Source of the DNA: a virus
Taxonomy: Duplodnaviria; Caudoviricetes
DNA: 64,000 nucleotides
Virus record (IMG/VR): IMGVR_UViG_2772190730_000001
Span: 12,618 to 76,617 of that record
Strand: one strand, 5' to 3'
Shown here one piece after another: positions 9,051 through 17,629 of this stretch (the first letter of the stretch is position 1; each line of letters starts with the position of its first letter). The notes beneath the pieces were generated by a model that worked only from the letters and a program-made list of their open reading frames with translations, ran no database searches and was not told where the DNA came from. The translations under genes and the position numbers were made by a program.

Positions 9051-10112
9051 CTACGCCACCCCCGGAGCCTTGTAGGACTGGTAGGCGTTCCACTCCACGG
9101 GGGTGAGCTGGCCGAGGGCGGACATCATCGCGGTGGCCGCGAAGTCCCCACCACCGCCACCACCGCCCCCGTCGAACGCCGGGTGAGGGGAGTTCTGGCT
9201 GGTCTGCCACATCCGCTGCACAGCGTTCAGCGCGACCTTCTGCAGGACGGCCGGGACCGGGTCCATGCCGGCCAGGTACTCGACGGCGAAGCTGCCCCAC
9301 ACGCTGGCCGGCCACCCGGCCCGGGACCGGAGGATCCCGTACCGGTCGACCCGGTGGGAGTCGGCGACCACCGCGGTGCCACCGACGGAGACCAGCTCGA
9401 GCACGGGGGTCTGGGTGAGAAGCACCGCGGTGCTGCCCCCGGGCTCGACGTCCTCCCGGACGACCCGGCGAGCGATGATCCGGCCGATGTCCCGCTCGAG
9501 GCCCTCGCACGCGACCCGGCACAGCCAGCGCAGCTGCTCCCGGTCCTCGTGGGTCTGGATGATCCCAGCGGCCCGCAGGTGCGCGAGGGCCTGGCCGACC
9601 GAGATGAACGAGCCCTCGACCGCGACGACGGGGACAGCGTCCGCCCAGACCTGCCCGGCGCCCAGGACCCCGCCGGCGCCGAGCCAGGCCACAGTGTGTG
9701 TGCCGGCCCGCTCGGCCGTCCACGACGCCTGGAACACGCCCTGGCCCATCGCGGACACGTCGAGCGCAGTGGCCACTCCGGCGACCGTCACCGAGCACAC
9801 CACCGCGCCCACCTGGTCCGGCGTCGCCGGGGCCCCGGTGGAAGTGAGGACCTGCACGGCGACCGTGACGGTGTCGCCGACGTCGACCGGGCCGAGCGGC
9901 CATGTGTACATCTGCAGGACGCCGGTGGCGGCGGTGGGACCGCCCTCGATCGCAGCGAGCAGGGGTGACCCGAAGGTCTGCCGACCGAAGACCACGAACC
10001 CGCCGAGCGGGCTGTCCGGGGCGCTCGGCACGCTCAGCTGTTCAGGGCCAGGGCCACCGAAGGTCTCGCTGCCGAAGACGAGCAGGCCGCCGAACGCGGT
10101 GGGCTCGGACAT
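9051..10112 (-). CDS. Head-tail connector (gp6/gp15-like C-terminus) with an N-terminal Ig-like extension
   Basis: C-half FISVGQALAHL...LERDIGRIIARRVVRE...EYLAG..PVPAVLQ. Start placed at the ATG after a GGAGG RBS. Confidence 0.65.
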   Translation of the reverse strand: MSEPTAFGGLLVFGSETFGGPGPEQLSVPSAPDSPLGGFVVFGRQTFGSPLLAAIEGGPTAATGVLQMYTWPLGPVDVGDTVTVAVQVLTSTGAPATPDQVGAVVCSVTVAGVATALDVSAMGQGVFQASWTAERAGTHTVAWLGAGGVLGAGQVWADAVPVVAVEGSFISVGQALAHLRAAGIIQTHEDREQLRWLCRVACEGLERDIGRIIARRVVREDVEPGGSTAVLLTQTPVLELVSVGGTAVVADSHRVDRYGILRSRAGWPASVWGSFAVEYLAGMDPVPAVLQKVALNAVQRMWQTSQNSPHPAFDGGGGGGGGDFAATAMMSALGQLTPVEWNAYQSYKAPGVA

Positions 10113-10151
10113 GTGCACCACCTCCATATCGAGGTAGGTGGTGCATACGAG

Positions 10152-10463
10152 TCAGGACTTGAAGTGCCGCATCGAGAGACTGATCTTGTGTGTTCGCCCG
10201 GCGGAAGATGCATCAGGGGGTGACGTGTCCGCCAGCTTGGCGTCCGCGCTGATGGTGATCACCCGGGCAACAGCTGTGACTATCGCTCCGATAGCGATCA
10301 GTACGAAGGTCCACGCGAGCAGATCCCACTGCGATTGCTTGCGCTCAACGATGAGGGCAAGAGTCGCTGCCACTACGGCCCAACCAGCAGAGGTCAGGAT
10401 GGAGCCCAGCGCCTCGAGCCAAGCCGCCAGCTTTTTGTAGTAAATCGCGTCGTCTCTCGCCAT
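10152..10463 (-). CDS. Small two-TM membrane protein (moron-like)
   Basis: 103 aa with two hydrophobic segments; visibly lower GC than the flanking genes. Confidence 0.6.
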   Translation of the reverse strand: MARDDAIYYKKLAAWLEALGSILTSAGWAVVAATLALIVERKQSQWDLLAWTFVLIAIGAIVTAVARVITISADAKLADTSPPDASSAGRTHKISLSMRHFKS

Positions 10464-10545
10464 AGCGTCTCTTCGGCGCGCTTAGTGGCGCTCTTGATCG
10501 TGGCTCAGGAGCTCCGTCGTAACCGCCCTTACGCCCCGCTCTTAA

Positions 10546-10968
10546 TCATCCCCGAAGGTCCCGGACCCAAACAGCGAACTCGCGCAGTGCAGGCGGCCAG
10601 ACATCGGCTCCAGGCGGTTGGTCGGCGGGGTTGATCAGATTCAGCCTCTGCAGATAGCCCGTGGCATTGGGAGTCAACACCGCCGAATTCAGACAACCGA
10701 AGAGGATCGGCTCGGCGTCATCCGGTAAGCCTGCCCAGCCGATCGCCTCGTCCTGCCATCCGTGTTCGGTGACGGCGTTGAGAAACTCCTCGGCCGTTTC
10801 GGAGGGTTCAATCACGTCACCCGGGGCGAGAAGACCGGCGTGGACCTGCTTGGTTAAGGCCGATTCGGGCGTCGGCAGATCCCGGTTGCTCCACCAGGCC
10901 AGGACGTCCTCGCACTCGTGCGATTCGAGGCTCTTCCACCAGTGGAGCGCTGAGTCATCGCTGATCAT
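10546..10968 (-). CDS. Hypothetical protein (moron-like)
   Basis: 140 aa from ATG 10968, acidic, Trp-containing. Confidence 0.5.
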   Translation of the reverse strand: MISDDSALHWWKSLESHECEDVLAWWSNRDLPTPESALTKQVHAGLLAPGDVIEPSETAEEFLNAVTEHGWQDEAIGWAGLPDDAEPILFGCLNSAVLTPNATGYLQRLNLINPADQPPGADVWPPALREFAVWVRDLRG

Positions 10969-11121
10969 GAGGCGGGGATCGACTGCTGGGGCGCCCAACT
11001 TGAGTCGTCCGAACGCCCCACAACCGGCCAGTAGCCAAACCGGTCGCCTCGACGAGCGGGCACCCTGGGTGGTTGCGGTCGCCCGGGCCGCTTCCACCGT
11101 TCACCCAGGGGGATCCCCGCC

Positions 11122-12609
11122 GTGACCACTCAGCGCATCGAGACCACACCTGCTACGACCCCACTCGACCTGCCAAAGTGGTCAGTCCTGCCGACGGCCG
11201 CGGTCGTGGTCATAGTGGCGGTCTGTCTTGTCCTGCGGGCGGCCACTGACGACCCGAGCATCCTCATCGTCGCCGCGGTGCTGGCTATCACCTACGTCCA
11301 GGTCCATCTACTCAAGAAGCGAACCGGGAAACTCGTGCACCCGGTCACGATCATTGTCTGTGGAGTCAACCTAGGCGGACTGGGCGGCTACTTCGTCTTC
11401 CCAGCGATCGCTGGCAGCGCCCAGGTATCAGCAGCCATCCCACACACTCCAGAGGTCTACAACGGCGCGGCCCGCATCTTCGTAGCCGCCTCCCTCGCGC
11501 TCTGGGCCGGCGGCATGATCACCGGCAGGCCCACGGAGGTCCGGAGGGTCGCTCCGACCTCCGCCGGGCGCGTCATGTCCACGATCCCCGCATCCCGGGC
11601 CCTGCTGTTGGGGGCTCTACCGATTGCGCTGGCCGTGGTCGGCTACGGCCCTCACGGCCTGATCTCCAGGGGCCACTACCTTGCCTCGGTGGGTCCACGA
11701 TTCACGGTCTCGGCGGCGTCCATGTTTGCCGTCGTGGGTGTCGCCATCCTGGCATTCGTCCTATGCGACGCGCGCCGGACGTTCGACGTCCGCCTGGCCG
11801 CCGGTGTGCTCCTGGCCATTCAGACCGTCGTGCTATTCGCCATCGGTACTCGCCAGCTCGCCCTCGTGCCCGCCCTCATTTTCTTCGCGTGGTCACAGAC
11901 CGGGAAGCGGAAAGGGCTCCGCACCGTCGCCGCGATCACTGCGGGCATCGTGTGGTGGTGGATTCAGATCCCGCTCAACGTCCGCTCCACCTCCGACGGC
12001 GCCGGCCTCGCGCCGTTCCTGCACCGGCTACACGAGCACCCCGAACTCTGGTACCAGTCACACCCCGGACCGGTCCTCGGCAACCTGCTGTTCGGTGTCC
12101 CCCTAACCGGCCAGATCGCCCTGCTGCGCGGAAACACCTTGCCCATGCACACGTTCGTCACGTCCATCAACCCGCTGCCGGGCATGTTCACCGACTGGTC
12201 GACCGTCAACCAGAACCTCGGGCTGAACCAGTTCACTCCCTTCAACACGCTAGGCGAACTCGCTGGCTATGGGTGGGCCTATGTCATCGGCACCATGTTG
12301 GTCATCGGCCTCGTCCTGGGCTGGGCCCATCGCGCCAGCGCCCAGCTCACGCCGACCATGTCGACGATTGCCACGCTGGCGCTGACCGGCGCCAGCGCGA
12401 TCTACACATGCGATCTACTGCAGTACAACCTGCGGTCTGGGCTCCGGATCGTCTGGTACGCCCTTGCCCTCGTAGTTGTCATGCGCCTTCTCAGCCCCCG
12501 CACCGGTTCAGGAGAGGGCGGGGAACGGACGGCTGAGGGCAAGGCCCTGCCTGTTCCGGAGGTGACGGTCACCGTGGCGACACGAACCCGGCCAGCGCCT
12601 CACCGATGA
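11122..12609 (+). CDS. Wzy/O-antigen-polymerase-like polytopic membrane protein
   Basis: 495 aa, about 10 or more hydrophobic segments, GTRQLALVP motif, large loop (SINPLPG...FNTLGELAGYG). Antisense to the late operon. Confidence 0.65.
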   Translation: MTTQRIETTPATTPLDLPKWSVLPTAAVVVIVAVCLVLRAATDDPSILIVAAVLAITYVQVHLLKKRTGKLVHPVTIIVCGVNLGGLGGYFVFPAIAGSAQVSAAIPHTPEVYNGAARIFVAASLALWAGGMITGRPTEVRRVAPTSAGRVMSTIPASRALLLGALPIALAVVGYGPHGLISRGHYLASVGPRFTVSAASMFAVVGVAILAFVLCDARRTFDVRLAAGVLLAIQTVVLFAIGTRQLALVPALIFFAWSQTGKRKGLRTVAAITAGIVWWWIQIPLNVRSTSDGAGLAPFLHRLHEHPELWYQSHPGPVLGNLLFGVPLTGQIALLRGNTLPMHTFVTSINPLPGMFTDWSTVNQNLGLNQFTPFNTLGELAGYGWAYVIGTMLVIGLVLGWAHRASAQLTPTMSTIATLALTGASAIYTCDLLQYNLRSGLRIVWYALALVVVMRLLSPRTGSGEGGERTAEGKALPVPEVTVTVATRTRPAPHR

Positions 12610-13711
12610 CCCCGTGCCCCTTGTCGGTGGGGTGCACCCGGTCGGTGGAGATCAGCCCGTAGGGGTCGCCCGCACCGGCAGATCCGGGAGGGGACAGTCG
12701 TCGCGAGAAGTCCGCGACGGTGACCCCGCTGACGCCGCCCGGTCCGGCTGTGTCGGCGGCGGCGATGTCGTACATGGCCTTGACGTAGTTCTGCCAGGGC
12801 TCTGCAGGTGAGGAAACGTCACCACGCTGATGCAGCGGCACCAGCACGATGGACGGCTTCGTCACCGTCACGCTCGTTCTGATGGCCGCGATGCCAGCGA
12901 GGACATTGGTCTTGAACGTCGCTGACGAAATGCTGTTCTGGTAGTCATTCACCCCGATCGCGATGGTCACCAGATGCGGGTTGTACTGAGCCATGGCCGT
13001 CGCCCAGTAGTTCGTGCCGGTCGCGAAGTAGCCGGTAGAGGTGATGCCGTAGTGACCAGCCTCATTCATGTGGATCCCCTGGGCCTCGTCGCCGTTGTAG
13101 ACGAAGATGCCCGTGAAGTAGACCGACGCGGCCGTGGAAGTGATGGCAACCGTGTGCGTCCCCGCGGTGAGAGCCCCGCTGTTCCAGACGTTGCCGTCCG
13201 TGAGGGTGGCCGCAGTATTGATGGTGGTCGCGGCGCCGCCGTCGATGGTGATAGAGAGGGTGCCCGTGCTGGGGGCTTTGACGTACCGGACATCCACGGA
13301 TGTTCCGGTGATGGTGTAGGTGTACGTCTGCCCGACGGCAATGATGGCTGCTCGTCGCGTGCCGAATGACGAGTCCTTCCCGGGCGTTGTTCCCGTCAGC
13401 GCGGCCGGCTGCGGCGGAGTCGGGCCGTCGAAGTACGGGGCAAGGAACCCGACCCCGCCGCCCGCGCCGACCGTCGCTGATGGGAACCGCTGGCGGAGGG
13501 AGTCCCGGAAACGGGAAATGTACCGGGTATCACGGGTGGTGGAACCCGTCCCCTCGGTAATGCTGTCGCCGATCGACCATATGCGGGCCGGGGCGTTGTT
13601 CCGGTTGGCAAGTGCAGCAAACCACCCTTGGAGCGCCAAGGCTTGCGCGGAGGCCAGGCGGTCGGCGTTGGCGGTTGAGATCCCGAAGGGCGGGGCGTCG
13701 AGGATTCCCAT
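12569..13711 (-). CDS. SGNH/GDSL-family hydrolase (putative virion-associated esterase)
   Basis: Block I IGDSITEG, block III IGVND, block V DRVHP; internal jelly-roll-like segment. Confidence 0.85.
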   Translation of the reverse strand: MGILDAPPFGISTANADRLASAQALALQGWFAALANRNNAPARIWSIGDSITEGTGSTTRDTRYISRFRDSLRQRFPSATVGAGGGVGFLAPYFDGPTPPQPAALTGTTPGKDSSFGTRRAAIIAVGQTYTYTITGTSVDVRYVKAPSTGTLSITIDGGAATTINTAATLTDGNVWNSGALTAGTHTVAITSTAASVYFTGIFVYNGDEAQGIHMNEAGHYGITSTGYFATGTNYWATAMAQYNPHLVTIAIGVNDYQNSISSATFKTNVLAGIAAIRTSVTVTKPSIVLVPLHQRGDVSSPAEPWQNYVKAMYDIAAADTAGPGGVSGVTVADFSRRLSPPGSAGAGDPYGLISTDRVHPTDKGHGVIGEALAGFVSPR

Positions 13712-13713
13712 AT

Positions 13714-15585
13714 TCAGCTCACCGTATTCATAGGTCGGTTGGTGACGGCCCCTGTTGTGGGGTCGCGAGTTAGTGCGGGCTGGGCGACGGTCCGGGTCGT
13801 GGCGCCCAGGTAGGTGATCGTGTAGGAGTCCACGGCCCCCGGGAACGACGCCGATGGGGTGCCCGTGTAAACCCCGGCGATCCCGTCCGGCCAGAGGACC
13901 GGGGCCGACGTGGCCGCCCCATTGGCGTTACGGGTGATCGCCCCGGAGATCAGAGCGTCGGGGCTGGCTCCGTAGAAGGCGAGCCACACGTCCGTGCCTG
14001 GCCCGTCCGGGCGGACTAGGCCGTCAGCTGCCGCGGTGTCCCCTGCGACGGCCGGGTCTGCCCAGTACTCCGCTTCCAGCGCCAGGTAAGCGCCTGTTGG
14101 CACGGTGGCGTCGGTGGTGATCACGGCGCGCTTGCCGGTGTCTGCGGACGCGTTGTATCCAGGCCCGAAGCCGGCGCCCTGCGTTAGGTCTACCGAAACT
14201 CCGGCTACCAGTTGGCTGGACTGGGAATTCGTCAGGGTCGACGTTGCCCCGAGGTACAACGTGGAGATTCCCGTTGTGCTGGATGCGGTCGCCTTGACTT
14301 TCCTGAGTTGTCCAGATGGCATGGCGATCGCTACACCCTGCATGCTGGGCCGCAGAGGAATGATGCGCTTCCAGGTTCTGATGTCGGTGAAGAGGATGCC
14401 GTCCACATAAAGCCGTCGACTGATCATTGACGGGTTCATGATGGGGCGAGTGGCGGTGTAAAAGTAGGCGTCTGTGATTCTCAGATCGGTTCCCGACGTA
14501 CCACCATTGTCGGACAGATAAGAACCATTTCCCATTACATGTAGCGATCTAACATCGATCCGCGAATTGCCAAGGACCCCGATGACGGCAGTTGCGATGG
14601 AACGCCCAGGGAAAGTGTTCTTGAAAACAACCTTGTCGACCTCGACGCTTTCGCAGCGCCCCTCAGCAACGATGAGGGACCTCTCGACGTTCTCTGCCTG
14701 GATGAGGCCCACGCGAACGCCTCGGCATTCGGAAACGCCGAACACCCTTCCCTTGGCCGGGTGTCCGTTCTGCGCGATGGCCGATGTCGCCTTGATCGCG
14801 TCGATCGTCATGGACTCGACGAACTGGCCGCCCACAACCGCCGCCCCGCAGTCGGAGCCGACGATGGTGCCGACCTTCACGTTGTGGGCGTAGGCAATCG
14901 ACACGCCCGATTCAGCGTTCGACCCCGAGGTGAGGGGGTTGATCAGATTCCACGTCCCAGCAATCTCTACGTCGCTGACGAGCACCGGGATGGGGGCAAT
15001 GGAACGCTGCCCGACGGAGGGGATCGCGGCTACCGACATCGCGTATCCAACAGGCCGGTCCAGGGTGACGTGTGTGCTGTCGGGGATTGCCTGGACCTTC
15101 GCCCACAGCCAGAAGTCGGGCTCAGCCGCGTCGTACGCGGCCTGCCCCAAGCGCACGAACGCCCATTGACCGACTGTGAACGACGACGAGTCGACGACCA
15201 TGAGCGTCGTGTCGGTCGGAACCGTGTCGGCTGTGATCGTGACCCTGGTCCCGGTGACACTTCGAACGCCGATGAAGGCAGCGTTCGACGCCATGATCAG
15301 CGTTGCCCCATCCGAGCGCAGGGTGATGTTCGGCTGAGAGATACGGATACTGCCGCCCTGGTCATTGGTGGCATACCGGGAGAGCGTCCAGGGCCCGTCC
15401 TGGGCCTTGACCCGCACCTCACGGCAGCCGACCTCGACGGCCCGCGCAATGGCCGCGTTGATCTCCACCTGCGTCCGGCCCGGACCGAAGTCAGCTGCGT
15501 CGATGAACGAGGGTCGGTTCGCTGCCGTGGCCCTGCTGCCGTCCGGGTACTTGGCCGGGATCGCCGGTACGTCGAGCAGGCCCAT
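13714..15585 (-). CDS. Beta-helix tailspike-like protein with C-terminal WPDG module
   Basis: Start MGLLDVPAIP at 15585, overlapping the upstream stop. INAAIARA...ISQPNITLRSDG and parallel beta-helix repeats. Confidence 0.75.
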   Translation of the reverse strand: MGLLDVPAIPAKYPDGSRATAANRPSFIDAADFGPGRTQVEINAAIARAVEVGCREVRVKAQDGPWTLSRYATNDQGGSIRISQPNITLRSDGATLIMASNAAFIGVRSVTGTRVTITADTVPTDTTLMVVDSSSFTVGQWAFVRLGQAAYDAAEPDFWLWAKVQAIPDSTHVTLDRPVGYAMSVAAIPSVGQRSIAPIPVLVSDVEIAGTWNLINPLTSGSNAESGVSIAYAHNVKVGTIVGSDCGAAVVGGQFVESMTIDAIKATSAIAQNGHPAKGRVFGVSECRGVRVGLIQAENVERSLIVAEGRCESVEVDKVVFKNTFPGRSIATAVIGVLGNSRIDVRSLHVMGNGSYLSDNGGTSGTDLRITDAYFYTATRPIMNPSMISRRLYVDGILFTDIRTWKRIIPLRPSMQGVAIAMPSGQLRKVKATASSTTGISTLYLGATSTLTNSQSSQLVAGVSVDLTQGAGFGPGYNASADTGKRAVITTDATVPTGAYLALEAEYWADPAVAGDTAAADGLVRPDGPGTDVWLAFYGASPDALISGAITRNANGAATSAPVLWPDGIAGVYTGTPSASFPGAVDSYTITYLGATTRTVAQPALTRDPTTGAVTNRPMNTVS

Positions 15586-16367
15586 CAGCTCACGGTCACC
15601 GTCATGGCGCCGTTGATGATCGAGTTCGCGTCCCGGGGCACGGTCACCGTGACCGTCTTGCTGCCCAGGGGGCCGCCGGTCGTCGTCGCCGTGAACGCGG
15701 TGATCGCGCCGTTGGCATCGGTGCTGGTGGCCGTGAACACGCCGGTCGCCCCATCGGGCCACACGATGCTCCCGCCCGTGATCGTGCCGGCCGAGTTCGC
15801 GGTGGGCGCCGCCGAGAAGGTGAACGCCGCGGTGAGCGCCCATGCCTTCAGCTGCTCGGTCCGGTTGGCATAGGTGCCAGGAAGTGCGGCCAGCGCGGTG
15901 CTGACGTCGGCCGAGTTGGCCTTCGCGCCCAGCGCGGTGTTCACGTCCGAGGTGTTCGCCTTGGCGCCCAGGGCAGCGGAGACCTCGGCCACTGCCACGA
16001 CGTCCGCGCCGGTGACGTTGCCCGAGCTCTTGCCGAGCACCGTGCCGAACTGCGGCGTCCCAGTCGGCAGGCCGACGACCTGTGCTCCCGAGAAGTCCTG
16101 CTGCCCGGTGAACGAGTTCCCGCCCGTGCGCTGGGCTGCCCCGGTGATCCGGGAGTCGTTGCCCTGCGCAGCGGTGCCCGAGGTCGTTCCGAACGAGACC
16201 GTCCCCGAGGAGTACGGCAGGCTGTTCCAGGCGGTGGTGCCGTCGCCGTACTTGACCTTCTTGGTGTCGGTCTCCAGCCCGGGCTCCCCGAGCAGCAGGA
16301 CCGGGTTAACGGACGTCCAGTTTGCCGAGGTGTCGCGGCGGACCTGGATCGGCTTCAGCTGTGCCAT
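15585..16367 (-). CDS. Tail fibre/minor structural protein with Mtd_N/hyaluronidase-N-like N-terminus and WPDG module
   Basis: IQVRRDTSANWTSVNPVLLLGEPGLETDTKKVKYGDGTTAWNSLPY is the characteristic N-terminal motif. Confidence 0.75.
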   Translation of the reverse strand: MAQLKPIQVRRDTSANWTSVNPVLLLGEPGLETDTKKVKYGDGTTAWNSLPYSSGTVSFGTTSGTAAQGNDSRITGAAQRTGGNSFTGQQDFSGAQVVGLPTGTPQFGTVLGKSSGNVTGADVVAVAEVSAALGAKANTSDVNTALGAKANSADVSTALAALPGTYANRTEQLKAWALTAAFTFSAAPTANSAGTITGGSIVWPDGATGVFTATSTDANGAITAFTATTTGGPLGSKTVTVTVPRDANSIINGAMTVTVS

Positions 16368-16801
16368 CAGGCGGTACCTCCATCAATTCCCGTGCTCGTG
16401 TACGTGCTGGAGGCAGTGCCGCCGTCGATGCCGTCATCAGAACCGCCAGCGCCGACCAACTGGGTGAGGTTCGCGATAGCTGCCGTGTTCGCCGCCAGCT
16501 GCTGAGCGACCGTGTCCCACGAGCCCGCGGTCAGGCCCTGAGCGGCCTGCCACCCGGCCGTCACCGCCCGGGCCACGCTGCCCTCTACGGCCCGCGCCGA
16601 CAGCGTCAGCACGTCCCCGGAGATCGACTCCACGGTCACGACCTCGGCGTTGTCCGGGGTCGGTTCCCCGGCTGGCCACAGCACCAGCGAGCCCGTGCTG
16701 AAGCGGGATCCGTGCCCCGTCGAAACGGTCAAGGAAAGGCCCGAGATCGCGGGCGAGGGGGCCAGGGCAACGACGCTCTGGCCGAAGTTCTTGGATGCCA
16801 T
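16367..16801 (-). CDS. Minor structural protein, hypothetical
   Basis: 144 aa, ends IDGGTA..IDGGTA; lies in the fibre cluster. Confidence 0.6.
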   Translation of the reverse strand: MASKNFGQSVVALAPSPAISGLSLTVSTGHGSRFSTGSLVLWPAGEPTPDNAEVVTVESISGDVLTLSARAVEGSVARAVTAGWQAAQGLTAGSWDTVAQQLAANTAAIANLTQLVGAGGSDDGIDGGTASSTYTSTGIDGGTA

Positions 16802-16810
16802 GACCGCCTC

Positions 16811-17599
16811 TCAGTTCGGGCCGGTGTAGGCGAGGACGTTGACCGAGCCGGACCCGAGCGCGATTGCGACCAGGCCGGTGTTCGTAACCGTGAGCGTCAC
16901 TCCGGTCTTCGTTTTCGTGCCGGCCTTCGACGCCACGCTGAGTTTCCCCAGCACGGAGGCGCCACCGTCGAGAGTGGGCAGCACGGTGTACGTGGTGTTC
17001 GGCATCGGAGTCGACCAGGTGACCGCCAGGTCCGTGTTCCCCAGCGCGAGAGCCGGCAGAGACGGCGTTGCCGTGCGAATCTCGACCTTCGCCGCCTGCA
17101 GCGCCGCGATCGCAGCCTGGGCGTCAGCGAGAGCCGCCGACAGTTGCTGCCCGGCCGCGGTGCGCGCGGTGACCTCGGTGGCCAACTGGGCAGCGATCTG
17201 ATCGACCTGCCCGTGCAGCGCCTGCCGGTCTGTGAGCGATGCGGCCAGCTGCCCTTGATAGTCGGCGGCCAGCGACTGCAGGGTCACCGTCCGGGCGTCC
17301 GACGCTGCCGTGGCGGCGGCCAGCTGAGCCATCGTCGGAACCGGTGTGACGATGCGCGGCTGACCGCCCAGCACGGTGACCGGGTCGACGTTCAGGACGT
17401 TCCCAGCGCTGTCGGTCACGGTGAGCCGGACCGGCCCGTCCATCAGCCAGAACGTCGCCTCGCCAGTGAAAGTCACCGGCAGAGCGGCCAGGCTGCCTGC
17501 CCGGTCGGAGAACACCCGGACCGGGGTGCCCTCCTGATTGATGACGCGGGTCAGGGTGAGAGCCTGACCGGTCGCCCTGATCGTGATGCTTCCGGTCAC
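16811..17599 (-). CDS. Minor structural protein (coiled coil plus beta-rich C-terminus)
   Basis: 262 aa; VTWSTPMPNTTYTV-type C-terminal domain. Confidence 0.6.
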   Translation of the reverse strand: MTGSITIRATGQALTLTRVINQEGTPVRVFSDRAGSLAALPVTFTGEATFWLMDGPVRLTVTDSAGNVLNVDPVTVLGGQPRIVTPVPTMAQLAAATAASDARTVTLQSLAADYQGQLAASLTDRQALHGQVDQIAAQLATEVTARTAAGQQLSAALADAQAAIAALQAAKVEIRTATPSLPALALGNTDLAVTWSTPMPNTTYTVLPTLDGGASVLGKLSVASKAGTKTKTGVTLTVTNTGLVAIALGSGSVNVLAYTGPN

Positions 17600-17629
17600 G
17601 CCCCAACCCCCGTTGCGTTGCGCGGCCGA

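Noticed and set aside
12569-17599. Mtd_N-like fibre gene suggesting a diversity-generating retroelement
   Set aside because: No reverse transcriptase, Avd or template/variable repeat pair was seen; this N-terminal domain is widespread in non-DGR phages.
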